DNA of 58,607 nucleotides, the filler included, from Sphacelaria rigidula (taxonomy: Eukaryota), in assembly GCA_964200075.2 (NCBI GenBank). It is 6 parts of 6 records of this genome, joined end to end, with 100 filler letters (N's around TTAATTAATTAA, not from the genome) between each part and the next. Parts side by side here need not be neighbours in the genome. Positions count along the whole stretch, not along the records: positions 19,571 to 29,255 come from CAXNAA020007969.1; positions 29,356 to 39,040 come from CAXNAA020007970.1; 4 more parts are not named here. One strand, 5' to 3'. Shown here piece by piece: positions 24,138 through 37,195 of this stretch. A program made the position numbers and the translations under genes. The notes under the pieces are model-generated. The model did no database searches and was not told the DNA's origin. It worked only from the letters and a program-made list of their open reading frames with translations. Every line of letters begins with the position of its first letter. The stretch's first letter is position 1.

Positions 24138-25498
24138 AAGATTTACTCCCAACTTCAAGAATGTACAAGCCACGGGGTCAAGATATTTCCTGTTTGGGAA
24201 GTGAAAATGACGTCAAGTGTCGCAAAACGCGAAACAAATAAATCGAGTGCCATATATAGGATGGACCGATACACCGATAGGTCGCATCGGCTGATACTCG
24301 ATGTGCATCCAAGGTGTCGGCCTTTCCAGATGCATTTCGTTCATGTTTTTGTCATCACTGATTTCTGGCAGTTCTTCTCTTGTCATTTCCATTTTTTTCA
24401 CCTGCTTGGTTGTGCTACCGTACCGTTGTTCTGTCTGTTTTTCAGTTTGTTCCGTTTGTTTGCCCCATTTTCTTGTTTCCTTTTCCCCACTTTCCTGCTT
24501 CTTTCACACCCTGGACAAGAGACAACATTGGCACGGAGTGTTCGCGTACAGCAGTATCGAATCTGATGAAATGTCCATTAGATTCGATACCCGTCTGTAC
24601 GCAGTACGAGCACATCATTGCCGATGTAATCCATTCTCCGGGTGTGGCTTCTTTACCGAGCGCTTCCAATTGTGTCATCTTGGGTACGTCCATCTTGCTA
24701 CCTTGGCTACGTCTCTCGAGGATTCACAGTTCAGGGGTCGCCGGGTAACAGACCCAGGTCGTAACGGCAGTAAATTGCAGTTTGCTGCGGTTGTTCGCCC
24801 AAGCGGTTTCTCAAGCTAAATAGCGCGCTCAGATTCAGTTTTCAGTACGTATTCGGGAACATAATCCACCGCACATAGTATATCCCTCTTTTCTCTTGTC
24901 CCATTCTCTGTTCCCTCCAAAATGTATATTCCCCGTTCATTCTCTACTTCGTTTCCAACTTTTCTCTTCTTCCTTCTCGGGTTTCCTCAGCGAGTGCTCC
25001 GTTCATTTGATCTTGGGTGCTATATGCACAGGGCCACGGCTGGATTTCTCGGGCATGAGCTAGTGGACGACAAATCTGGGCATCAATCTGTCGATAATCG
25101 TACAATATGATGTATGATGCGCACGATTTCACTGGCTTCACGTGGAAAAACGAATCTCCAGATTGTCAAGATTCGTTGAAACAACGAATAATGGTTCGAT
25201 TGCTACACGTACACATTCACACAAATGAAGAACACGTACTCTGCAAGGATCCGAGTTCGAACGACCGCGAAAAAGCTCAGGAACTGTTGAGCCGCATCAT
25301 TATACTGGAATGTCACAAACTGTTGCAAGTTCTCTACAGTGCGGTACTGTGCCGGGCACGGCAGTCTGCAGTAGAGGACAATCCTGCAAATCCACCGTAG
25401 GGTTTCTACAGTTCCCACGACAGCCGTGTGTACAGCGTAGTAACATGCAGTACGCGTACTGTCTGTGCTGTCCTTACCGAACGGCGCACCTACCCTAC

Positions 25499-25899
25499 CT
25501 GAATTCCAAGTAGTCCTCCTCGCGATACCATAACTCCGGGCTCAGCTCTTTCAAGTCATTGCGGCTGGGGACCAAGATGAGCTTCAGGACCCCATCGAAT
25601 CGGACCACCCGATTTCCACCACCGCCGGGCATTGGCGACCCACCAGCATCAACCTCCCCACACACCGACCCCCTTCGTCCTACCTTACCCGTTCCCTCGA
25701 CTAGCAGGGCACTGCCGGTGTCTCTTCGGGTTTGGTGGCGGGTGGGCTGCGTAGGGGAGTAGGGTACCAAGAAAGGTGTAGAGCTAAGGGGTTGGTTGGG
25801 GATGATGCCTGTTCGTGGGTCGGCCTTACGAAGAGCCCGGGGTTGTTGCGTGGAGAATGACGAGGCATGAAATTGTGAGCGGGTTGCGCTGGCATCCAT
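25499..25899 (-). CDS. Exon of a hypothetical protein with an RVVRF..LWY..EDY motif
   Basis: ORF starts at ATG and ends at an AG|GTAGGG donor. Sequence RVVRFDGVLKLILVPSRNDLKELSPELWYREEDYLEF. Downstream exon not identified. Confidence 0.55.
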
Positions 25900-28800
25900 G
25901 GTGTTGGTAATAGCGACAGCCCCACGTGCCTTGAATCTACTCTCGAACTGCGTTGGTATCTGCTTATTTCAAAGGGGCAGTGGGGGTAGGGGTGCGTGAA
26001 ACCAATAACTCGACCCACTGCGTGAATGCGACAAACATCGGCGCTCGCGTGTACTCTGGAGCATCGGGCATCTTTTGAGCATTACCCCGCTCACAAACTT
26101 GTCAGGCCGCCTGGTGTGCGATGATTGCCGTGTACAACACATCGGTGCCTTGTCCTCTATTTCACTTGCCGCAGTGGAGTATAATACAAAGATTCCGCCC
26201 GTAGTCCTGCAATTGTGCGTGTCAAATGTACCGGACAGTGCAACCCTGAGGCCATTATCTCGCCGCTTCCCCACCCCCCTCCCCCCCCAACCCAACCCCT
26301 CCCGGAATTTTCACTTCCACGGGAACAACATCTTACTTATCTCTGTGCCGTGCTACTGACCGTGCCGCTTCGTGCAGTGCTGCGCTGTTGTAGTGCCACG
26401 AACCAGCAACGTTCCAACAACCGCGAACAAACATTTGTGCTCCAGCTACAGTACCCACTTCGGCGTAGAAGAGTCAACTATACGTGGACGAGACTTTCGT
26501 CCACCATGCTGTAACATTCTGATGCCCGTAACATGAAAACACAGTTTGTCGGGGCCAACACACACCTTTCCTGTTGCACGTGGAGCCTGCATAGCTATAT
26601 CTGTAGCAGCAGCGACTTCGCCCCTTGATCGAGACCTTGATACTGTCGGTGATGGAGGCACTCAATATAATCGCACTGGTTCCTTGTCGCTGCGCCCAAT
26701 GTCGACGAACGGCCGTATTTTCCAGAGTATATCGGCTAGGGCTGTGCGGAAAAGTCCATGGCAGACGAAAGGGTAGGAAAATTCACAAATAGATCGTGAT
26801 GGTGACGGTGGGGCGGTCGACGGCACGGCACTGTACTTGTTAATACTGTAGAGTACTGCGCAATTATAGTTATGCCAGTGAGCAGGGAAATTGTTCACGT
26901 CATGACGCATGATGTCCAAGCCAGGTGGTGTGACCATGAACGAAATGCGGTTTGAAGACCTGTACACTACGTTCAGACCATCTGGTTTTGTATCCTACTG
27001 ACTGTACCGTTGCCTAGTGTACGCTCTTATTGTTTTACTGTCTCTGTGTACTGTCTGTCCTGTAAAAAACTTTCACGTTTTTGTAAATGTAGGGTGGGTG
27101 TAAGGTACGGGGTATCGAAGTACGTGGAGTATCATATATTCATTTATAACGGGTCAATTGACCACCTGACGGCCAGGGTTGGATATATGTTGAATCGGAA
27201 TGATTACGTCTTCATTGTTTTGACTTGAAGCATGTACGAGTATACTAGACAGCGCAGTTCGGCCCAGACGACTTAGTCTGGCCCCCGGCGGCCAAAAAGA
27301 GCTAATGGTGGAGTTTACCGCTCGAAGCTCCACGGGAAAAACGTCTCAATTCAAGATTCGAGCTGCTCTAGGAAACTGTGATGGTCATGCCACCGAAAAG
27401 TTGCACTTGGCCATATGTCGACCAGGCCTTGCGACATATCGCTGCTTATCATACGATACACGATGGATAGTGGCCGTGCAGGACCTTGTGCTTCTGAACA
27501 GAACTAGGTTGAGAGAGACATCGGGTATTGTCCCGTAGTTATACAGTACGGTACAGTAGAGTATAGTACATTTAAAATGAAGTTTTCGAACTGACGTTGA
27601 TTGTATTCAACCCCGCGCACCGTCCGCAGCCTCAACACACTGTCTGTGTTAATGGTCTAGCTGCGTCCTGCTGCTGACGGTTCTGCTTAAGTACGGTTGG
27701 ACCGTTGAATGGTGGTGCACTGGACTAGACTGTGAGCAGGAGCACTGTACAGTTGCTCTACAGGTGTGCCTATTTGTACAAGTACAAACTATCCAAGGAA
27801 TCCTCATTCTCTGAGAAACGTTCTAAGGGTGTATGGGGGCGTCGTACAGCACATACTTTCGATTCCGAGTGAAAGTAAGATGTCCTCACACAAACACGGC
27901 GTACCCCATTCCCATGTGCAAAAAAATGCGGGGATACTTGACCAGCAGGGCGGTCTTCTGCACGGCTTTGTCTGCGTGCATTGACTGTTGTATAGACCCC
28001 ACTGTTTTGAAAAACCTTCGCATTGGCATCCTGTTCAGGACCCACTGGCGTTCAAACGTCAAGCGCGTCATCGCCGTCGAAGTGTATCTACTGGCTGTTG
28101 TACAAACTCCAACAGAATGCAGCAAATCACCAACGATCTTCAATTGTCTATACTTGCTTCAGTGATGTCAAGACCTATCGACAACCGTGTGTGGTTATGA
28201 CCTCAGTGTGTAGCAAGGTTGTGCAGCGGAGTATGTGCAGTTGCAATACGAAACCCACCCGCTCTTTTTGCGACCTTTGTGAACAACCCTGCAAAAACTC
28301 CGCATTTGTCATCGATCGCAATGGGCAAAGATAAGAATGTGCTCCATCAGCCACAAGGACAAAGAACTCTAGCCCCCTCCCTTACACGGTGACCATATAT
28401 TGCTGCTGACGATGCGAAACTATAGTTGACTCACCGGATACGCGATGTTCTTCACGTTGTTGCTCACTTATTTAGGATGTTAGCGGGAATATGGTTGGAG
28501 TTTGAAGAACTGTCCACTGCGGTAAGGGTATGTGGGAGCCGAGGATGCGAGAAGCTGAACCGCTGCAGTTCGGAGGAATCTCCGAAGATCGACGGATGAT
28601 ACGCCGTCGTTCCTGCTCACAAGAGTCACATGGTTTCGACAAATTTGTCAAGTCCCGTATGCCGGCGATAGCTTGTGACACCAGCGATAGGACGTCAGTC
28701 AACGTGCAGTACAGCATCGCAGCTCATCACTTCGCTGTGTATTCGGCTGGAGAGCATAACGATGAGACGGCGTGGAGTTGGAGTGGGTGCGGTCAAGCGC

Positions 28801-30128
28801 AAGGAGCAAAACGCGAAGGTGGGCCGAACGTGTCCCTATTGGAGTAGTCAAGTCGACGAGTACAACACGCATCAACAGGAACTACTACCTCGTACTACGT
28901 AAAGAATACAGACAGTGCGGACAGTACAAATACGGTACAGCTGCACTGCGAGAAACGGCAGAGACAACCGGAACGTATAGGTAGACAGACACTTCATGCA
29001 TCAATGCGAGGACGGAAAATTTGTGCTGTTCTACTGCTGTCCTGCTGTGTTTTCTCTTCCCCTGGGTTGACCGTACCTACAGACATGTTATGTTCTATGT
29101 TCGCAGTACGCCCACTGCCTGTCAAAGTCATGAAAGTAAAGGGAAAAGCGAGCGCGCGCGCGGGGGGGGGGGGGGGGGGGGGGGGGGAGGGCGGGGGCCG
29201 CACAACCTCCCCCCACCCACCCCCCCCCCCCCCTCACCCCCACCCCCGCCCCCCGNNNNNNNNNNNNNNNNNNNNNNNNNNNNNNNNNNNNNNNNNNNNT
29301 TAATTAATTAANNNNNNNNNNNNNNNNNNNNNNNNNNNNNNNNNNNNNNNNNNNNGTGTCAGCGTTGCGGCGCTCATACACACAACAGTAAAGTACAGTG
29401 CACTGTAGTACGCCTTTCCGACTGAAGCAGCAGCTGCCGCTGCATTCTCCCTGCACGTTCTGGGCAATTCTCAGCTACCGAGATCGACTGCCTATATACC
29501 GCTTCTTCATCCCCGCCCACTACATACGTGTTGACTGCACCCTGCAAGTCATGTCCAGAAGGATGAACGGAACTCATGACAGTAGATCCTTTTGTCTTTC
29601 CACAGCCCACCTGGTTTTAGGGCGTGGTAAAAATGACCACGTGGTAGCATGTACACTCCTTCCCGGCTTTTCCGGTCGACCCTGTGTTAGCGTAAATTAC
29701 TACGTTTTAGTAGGGAATTGAGACCCGAAAAACCCACCGGGAAACTTGGGAACGGTACGAGTATACTGAGTGCAAGTCATATAATATAACCAAGCTCCGA
29801 CCGCCCTGCGCTTGGAAACCTGTGAAAGCTTATCTGGGCCAGGGATAGGGTTCCCACACGATCTTGACAGTGGTATCATACTCGTCAACAACCCCAGCAC
29901 TGGTCGTTCGGGTCTGGTCAATAAATTTCGCCTCGCCGTGATTGGTCAGGTCGCTCGAAGACTTGTTTTTTATTATTTCACTAACACAGGGTCAACCCTG
30001 TTGGGCGGTCGGTCCCAACAGGGTTAATAGGGCGAGCACTCGAGTCATTGCTCGTTGTGTTTTGGAGAAAACACCCACGAGTGAACTCGTTTCGATGAGT
30101 AATGACTCGTCCGACGTGTGCGATGTTC

Positions 30129-30417
30129 AAGCCGTGGCTGTCTCTGAAAGTGGCGATACCAGAAAATAAAGAACAACTCATTGGAGGCTGCCATCCAAAT
30201 GCAAGATAATCAGTAGGCTTCGGACCTAACAATCTTGACAGGATGCAGGTGACCCTTCATGTGCCTCGCCGAACATATCACGGCGCTCTGCGCTTGGTGA
30301 TTGAGTGCGAGCCTGGTCCGGCAAAAACCAGGCGTACTCCGTCCGGGCTTTGTAGGAATGCGAGGTCAATGATTTTATGACTATTGCATGTAAGAGCATA
30401 ATTACACCCCCCCCCCC
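30129..30417 (+). mobile_element. Type A end of the C/G-tract-anchored repeat
   Basis: Matches the reverse complement of 7389-7672 and ends in ACA followed by C11. Confidence 0.8.
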
Positions 30418-30872
30418 AACATCCCGCCCCGTACACATGCGCACAAGTGCCCAAACATACGTTCTACTGGACCCACACGACGCTACGAGTAAGGAAGAAG
30501 GCACGTGAAGAAGGCGCGCGGCCACTCAACAATATTGAATTTGCCATTTCGGGGTAAATATGGCCCAGAATGTTGGATTTGTTTTTCATCTCCGCGGCTG
30601 CCGACATATCTCGACGCCGCGTGCTGTTCGCTTTTTTATTCTGTTTCATGCAAAAGTCACCACAAGTAAAACAAAGTGAAAATATTTCATTAACACGCAC
30701 GGACCATTCAAGTAAAAAGCTGACCTCCGTATCAAGGTCAAGTCCCACTCGCAAGGTGCTTCGATTTTTGCGTCCACTACTTGTACACCGCCATGAAATC
30801 GGGGGGCACTTGGGAGTATATACGCCGTTGTGTATCGAACTGTTTCCCCTGCTTGAAATCATATAAAACGTG

Positions 30873-31130
30873 CACAGTTAGGACAAATCATCACGGGTTC
30901 CAACCACCAAATCCACGATTTCCTCGGTCTGCTTGCCCACATGGGAGAAAAAAGTTGACCGCTGGTCCAAGGGGTATCCACGCAACTTTTGCGCCCTTCC
31001 ACGTGTCTGGGCTGCGTGTACCTAGGCTGCAACGCTGAAAACAAAGCCTGGAGACTGATTCTTACGATCTGAATCAATCACACTGAAACCAAGTAATTTC
31101 CAGACGAGTCATTGATTTGTCCGACCCTTG
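30873..31130. mobile_element. P/hAT-type MITE (CACGGTTAGGACAAAT family)
   Basis: CACAGTTAGGACAAAT..ATTTGTCCGACCCTTG. Homologous to 44809-45027; partial copies near 37255-37313 and 38994-39040. Confidence 0.7.
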
Positions 31131-31780
31131 AAACTGTGTAAAATATATATTGCGTTTTCCTATACACAATCATCGAGTGAAGGTCTGCCGTCTTTTTTCA
31201 GTGCGCTCCTGATATTCGGCTTGTAATGTATCGCGAATGTCTCTCACGACCTGTTTCACGCCTGTGTACACGGGGAAAAGACAAGCGTTGATTGATTGAT
31301 TGAATTTTTCACTGTCGCACTTTGAGTGACCCTCCAGGTAGTCATGATCCAGCCGTAGTCAGATCACGTATATCAGTCTATGGAAGTATTCCGGGAAGAG
31401 GAAAAGGACTTCCGAACCACAAACCGATTGGAATTTTGAACTCTGGATGCGCCTCGCCATCTTCTTTTTTTTCCCACCGAGTGTTCTCGATGATGCCCCA
31501 TCCTGTTTTGTGTTGATCTGTTTCGGTTTCAATTGGTTGGAAAGATGGAGAGCTTCAAACGATTCTCGGCTGCGAAGTTGGCGCTCATTTTGCTTGCATT
31601 TATCCACCCTGACGGCACACATGTGCACTCCACCACTTGTAAGCTGGGCATGATCAGATAGCCCGAGTCCCTAACTTTACACCGACTGCGACTACTTGCT
31701 CGGTACATGTCAAGATATTGAAAGAATTCTGCAGACTGGGAATTTCACACGGCAGATGGCGTCTTGGATGATGATTAATA

Positions 31781-32344
31781 CTTCTGTTCGGAAATATAGG
31801 CTCTCGGAAATGTCGGGAATATAAGCTCGCTTCAGGAAGTATGCGAATAACGCGGTTCTTGATCAGGCCACCACCGGTATGTGTTCCGCACATCGTTTGT
31901 ACCATGTGCAAAAAAAAAAGCAGGGGATAGGGGATGACCGAAAGACGACGTACCGACTGCCTTCACTCCCTCACGGTCGCTACCCTCTGCCAGCTGTGAT
32001 GGACTGGTTGCCGGCGTTGCTCGTATGCTGTTGTTTGGTCAGACCACAAAAAAAGTGGTTCAACGAGCTCCGCCGAATCGGCACGAATTCCGCCGAGTTA
32101 ATCGATTGAAGAAAAAATGAGGGAAGGCCTCCAACCGGTGTTTTTCCCTCTCTTCGGCCAGGGATTCTGTGGTCACCGAGGGTATAGGTGGTGTTGTACT
32201 GTGGACTGACCAAAGACCTCGGTTTTGGGGTGTTCTTCAGGTTGTCACGAAAACAAGAACAAAAAAAGTACAAAAAAATTCGCGTTTGGGCCAAAGTTAT
32301 GCCTCTTTTTCTCTGAGAGAGCCTATATTTCCGAACAGGGGAAG
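31781..32344. mobile_element. Tc1/mariner-type MITE
   Basis: TA|CTTCTGTTCGGAAATATAGGCTCTC ... GAGAGCCTATATTTCCGAACAGGGGAAG|TA. Confidence 0.8.
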
Positions 32345-32357
32345 TATGAATTATTCC

Positions 32358-33170
32358 GAAGGTTGTGTCCTGTAGGGTATGGGATTTACTACAAAACGTA
32401 CAGAAATATCGGGTACCGGTATGAAACCCTTACGGAAATCACAAAACTGTCGGGTATTGGTTTGAAATTCTTTCACAAATAAGAGATCTTGTCGGGTACG
32501 GTGTGGGAGGCTTACAGAAAAACCGTACCGGCAATCGGGTATTTCTTCAAGATCGTGCCCGCGCTCCGGGTACGGGTAAATATTATAAACATAACTCACA
32601 AAAATTGTCGGGTAGGGTATGGAGATTGCACAGAAAACCGCGTATTTTATCAAGAGCGTACCCGCCCCGCCCCGGAAACGTTACGGGAAGCGTACATATT
32701 TCACAGAACTGTCGGGTAAGGGTATTGAAGTTTTACAGAGATTACAGAACTGTCAGGTACCGTTATGAAAGTCCTACAGAAGTCGAGGAACTGTCGGGTA
32801 CGGTAAATACCCGGGAAATTACTCCGGGTATACAGAAACCGTTGCTGTTGTTATTGTTGTTGTTGTTTTCACATTAAAGACCGTTCCGACATCTGCGCGG
32901 TACATTCGTACTGGGCATCTGATGCGGACGCCTTCCGAGGTCACAGGCTAGCGAAAAAACAAAAATGACCCAGGTTGAAACTCACAGAACGCGATACTAG
33001 CAAAACAGGGATACATAATAGAGAAGAAAGAGAGTACATATGACGAACCTCAGAAGATCCGGTGCCGCAGGTGGCCATTCGGACTTCAGGGCGTGACACC
33101 CGGCTTTCTAACTCGACGCGCGATGCCAAGTAGAAATGAACACAACCGTACCCTACAAAACACAAGTTTT
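32358..33170. mobile_element. P/hAT-type non-autonomous element with (C)GGGTA/TACC subterminal arrays
   Basis: TIR GAAGGTTGTGTCCTGTAGGGTA / TACCCTACAAAACACAAGTTTT. 8-nt flanks ATTATTCC and ATTATTTC. Confidence 0.7.
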
Positions 33171-34251
33171 ATTATTTCTTGTTGAATGAACGCCGGAAGT
33201 CGGCCGAAAGTAAACAGTTTCCGTCCGATTTGAAATTTCGATCCATGGATGGAGCTTGTAGTTATTGTATTCATGTCGCGTGGCAGAGTACCATCTGCAG
33301 TTGGTTCTCCGCTCAAGTGACGTATTCCCCATGCAACCAGAGCGATAACAGGAGAATTTCTTCGATCCGAACTGAGGGGTGCACCGGCGAAGACAGGGTC
33401 AGTCGCAAGCATTAACAGCGTGCTGTACTCTTCGTGAATCCACACTCTAGAAAAGTACTGTGTACAACCCGGGTGGATGGATGGAGACCAGACAACACGT
33501 GCGGGGATCATGGTAGCCTGTGCTGAAATATTTTAGTATTGTCTCCTCCTTACTTCACTGTAGCGCTCTTTTTTTCTCGCTGCTCGTCGTTCTCGATCTC
33601 TGATGGGAATTTTATGGCTATTCGAGCCAGAAGAACTTGACGCGGTGTTTTTAAAATAAAAATAAATGTTTGTGCTTTTGAGGTATTCATTAATTAGTTG
33701 CCTTGCGATCCAATAAAAACGACGGGGTGTCACATCGCATAGCTTGTCGGAAGAATAATCCTTGATTACTTACCTTACAGCACCTTTTTTTTGTGTCAGT
33801 TGTTCACATGCCGTAGTGTTACGTTGTGTAAAACCCTGACCCGGTATGACAGCAGCATGAACAAAAAAGTGAGCATGTAATGAAAAAAATGATACTTTTT
33901 TTTTTTTGTCTAAGTTGCTTTTGAAAAAAAAAAAACGTCGCAAGGTCGTACCCCCCTCCCCCCCTCCTAACAAGTGCCAGCGCTTCCTAGGACTGCGAGG
34001 TTTATGGCCTTATGACTACGCCATGCAAAATCATGAGTACACCCCCGTGAACATGCACCCCCATTTGCCCTTAACCCCGCCAAAAGCAGATACCACGAAA
34101 CTTGCTTCATATCCAGAACATTTCAGTCGCGCTTTCAAAGACCCTGGCAGTAGTACAGTGGGTGACTTGAGCCGACAAGAGCTTATTGGGGGGTTATCTC
34201 TCTTTGTCTCTCTCCCACTTTTTTTTTTCCCGCACGACGACTACAATGCAG

Positions 34252-34708
34252 AGCGGCTAAGGAACGGGAAAGGGCCGAAAAGCAGAGAGAGGCAAAGCGC
34301 ATCGAGGAGGAGGAGCGACTCGACAGGCTTGTGGCCGTGCCCGAGAGAATGTCACAATCGATCCTGGACCGCTCGGCCTACAACGCGGGTGCCGCGGGCA
34401 AAGAACAAGTCCACGAACACGCTAGCGTGGCTCCCGCTGCGGCCACCGCTGCGGCCGTTGAAGCCCCTTCGCCTGCGGCGGGAAACGCGAAATCGGCAGT
34501 GGGAGGGGAGAATGACGGAGGTTGGATTTCCATCGATGATACTTTAAAGCCGAAGGAGGTTGGTGATGCGGAATCTCCGGAGAAGGCTTCCGCTTCGAAG
34601 GTGGCTAAGAAGGCGAAGGCTTCGCCGCCGCCGGTCGTGACGATGACAGGGGAAACTGCTGATGGGGATGAAGCTGCTGGACCGCCGGTTGCGAAGAAGA
34701 AATCGAAG
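34252..34708 (+). CDS. Internal exon of a hypothetical charged, low-complexity protein
   Basis: Polypyrimidine tract and CAG acceptor, open frame AAKERERAEKQREAKRIEEEERLDRLVAVPERMSQSILDR..KKKSK, then an AAG|GTGAGG donor. Confidence 0.65.
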
Positions 34709-34767
34709 GTGAGGGGACGGGGAGGGGTGGGGTGCTGCCTGGGTCACGTTGATGATATGATGGACAG

Positions 34768-34768
34768 T

Positions 34769-34802
<34 letters not shown>
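34768..34802. repeat. (GTA)n microsatellite
   Basis: About 11 units. Confidence 0.95.
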
Positions 34803-35989
34803 GTTTTCCGCATATTAGCTCAATCTCTCGAACCCGCGGTGACAGGCGTAGGCTCGACACCCAGTACCATCGCCACCAATCCTTACATGATCTACGAGAG
34901 CTTTTTCTGAGACTTCGAAAACGAAGCAAATCAAAGCATGAAGAGGGAGATGTGAAGAAAACAAGGGATATAGAAGACGAAAAATGCTCCCTCGAAGCTG
35001 GTCGGAAGTGTGGTGAAGGTACATGTCACACTATCAACCCCCTCCCCTTCCTCGAGATGAGTTCTTTTTCTCAAGGGATAAACCCATCTCTACCCGGGCA
35101 CACGCCTTACACTTTGGTATCGCGGGTTGGATGATGACCAACACTCCGGAAAAGTTACTTTTCAACACGTTACTACTGAGGGCTACAGGCTGGTTCACGC
35201 TCATCACCCAAAATTATGTCATCAGCAAATGCCTTTCGCAATACCTACCCAATAGTCGCATACATGGTATCATACTGACCGCCATGGACAGCTGAAGAGC
35301 GTGACATATAGCCGGATTTGAGTGTAAGGTTATAGTGGTACCGCTAAGGGCGAAAAGGTATATCGACCAATCAGCGCCCGTCAAATTGGTCCGAGATCGA
35401 AATTACGATTTCTAAGCCCAATTTCCACCCAATCTCCACATGCTTCAAATCGTAGTAACCGTCATCGGCTCGGGAATCTAACGGAAAAAAAAAATGGTCG
35501 AAAACGCTCACCACGGGGTCGAATGATACCCGAAACCGTGATGTTACGATCATGTCGGGTGTTGGCGTCGTCTAATTTCCATTGATGATACGCACGAATG
35601 ACCCAGGGAGCCTCGTGACGGTGTCCCCTATATCTGTTGTTAGAAAGCTCAGATAGCCCTCAAACTTGACAGTTCCGTAGGTGTTGATGCTCCAAATGGA
35701 AAAATGGTGTTCTCGACGATATTTCATGGCTTCTCCGTTCTCTACCGGCTTCCGGGAGTCGTAGTATGAAGAGCCCCTAGAAGGCGGTACAGATTGCCCT
35801 AGAAGAAAAATGATTAAATGATGTGTCCTGGGATCGTCCAAGGAACACATGTACAAAGTTTGGTGCAGAAACTCGACAACCTCATACAGTTTTTGTTGCC
35901 TTGACGTAAGGTTCACCTCAAAAGACGTTTCCATACTAAAACTAAGTAGTTAGGGGTTGCACGTTTCAAGCCCACGTCCTCCACAAACG

Positions 35990-36670
35990 CGCAAACCTTG
36001 ACGCCGTTGTTGGGAGTTAGATCCTGAAACTTTGCACAAATATGCCATGTGTCATTACGAAACTTTGTATGGATCGTGTTTTTGTAGTTCTTGGGGTTCT
36101 CACCGTTTTTCGGGGGTCTGGCGGGGGTCCAAGTCGTTTTTCGAAGTAGTCTCCATTCTGGGACCCAGGGAAACCGGCACGACAATATTTTGTTTTCATT
36201 TTTTCGTGAGCGAGCTGTCCCCGCATAACCCGAGGGAGGGTCCCACAATCGTTTGTCGCAAAACTCAATAATCTGATGCTTGTATCTACATGTCCACGTC
36301 GAAGAAGACCCAAGAACGCCGTTTTCGTACTAAAATCTTGTAGTTTGGGATTTCACCGCGGCACGTCAAAGTTCATCGCACAAAAGCGAGAAACCTCATG
36401 CGGTTTCAAGGAGTTAGACCGTGAAATTTTGGACAGCTGTGCTGTGGGTCATTACGCAACTTTGGATGAGCGAGGTTTTTCGGGGGGTTTCTTCTTTACC
36501 GTTTTACGGGGGTCCGATTGGATCGATGTTACCCGGAAAAAACTGGGACCCTCGAAAACGGTGAAAAAGTCAAAAAGTCGAAAAACGTCGACCTTCGAAA
36601 GTTGCGTAATGCCCCATAGAACATCTGTGCAAAATTTCAGGGTCTACCTCCTTGAAACGGCGTGAGGTTT
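35990..36670. mobile_element. Non-autonomous DNA-transposon-like segment with internal inverted and direct 75-130 nt repeats
   Basis: The AAACCT..TAGA.C.TGAAA.TTTG..CATTACG unit occurs at about 35993 and 36391, and inverted at about 36597-36670. Confidence 0.55.
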
Positions 36671-37135
36671 AGCCGATGAGTGTTTCTTGGGTGATATGCC
36701 TGAACCAGCCTGTAGAGAAGACATGCCTCAGGCCGTGTCTCAGCAAACCATTTCTCAATCGAAAAAGTGCGGTGGAACACGAGAACTCCGATCTGACAGG
36801 TCGTGGTGCCGACAAAAAAAACGATAGTTGAAATCGCGACCCCATTTATCAGATTGCAGGTTTTTTTTTCCACCGCACATTTTCGATCGAAAAATGATGT
36901 GCTGTTGTAAGACACGTCCTCACCGCCCAAGTAAAAAATAAACAAGCATCGCCAAGGGTGGGACGGATCATCACCGCTTGGAATCATTAAATCTTCGATT
37001 TCTGAGGCCCATGTGCTCAGAGGACAGAAAAAAAATATACCGCGGGTCAAAGAAGTTACGCAAACTTTGCGCTATTTACGAGCCCCTGGTGTGCACCTGG
37101 GGTGCAGATAAATACATAAATATATTGTCAAACTC

Positions 37136-37195
37136 CGAACCCCTCCCCTTTCTCGGGACGAGTCCATGATCTCAAGGAATCAACCCATCCCCCCC
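37136..37195 (+). repeat. Short dispersed repeat (AACCCCTCCCCTTTCTCG..CTCAAGGAATCA..)
   Basis: Further copies at about 35037-35096 and 46501-46563. Confidence 0.7.
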
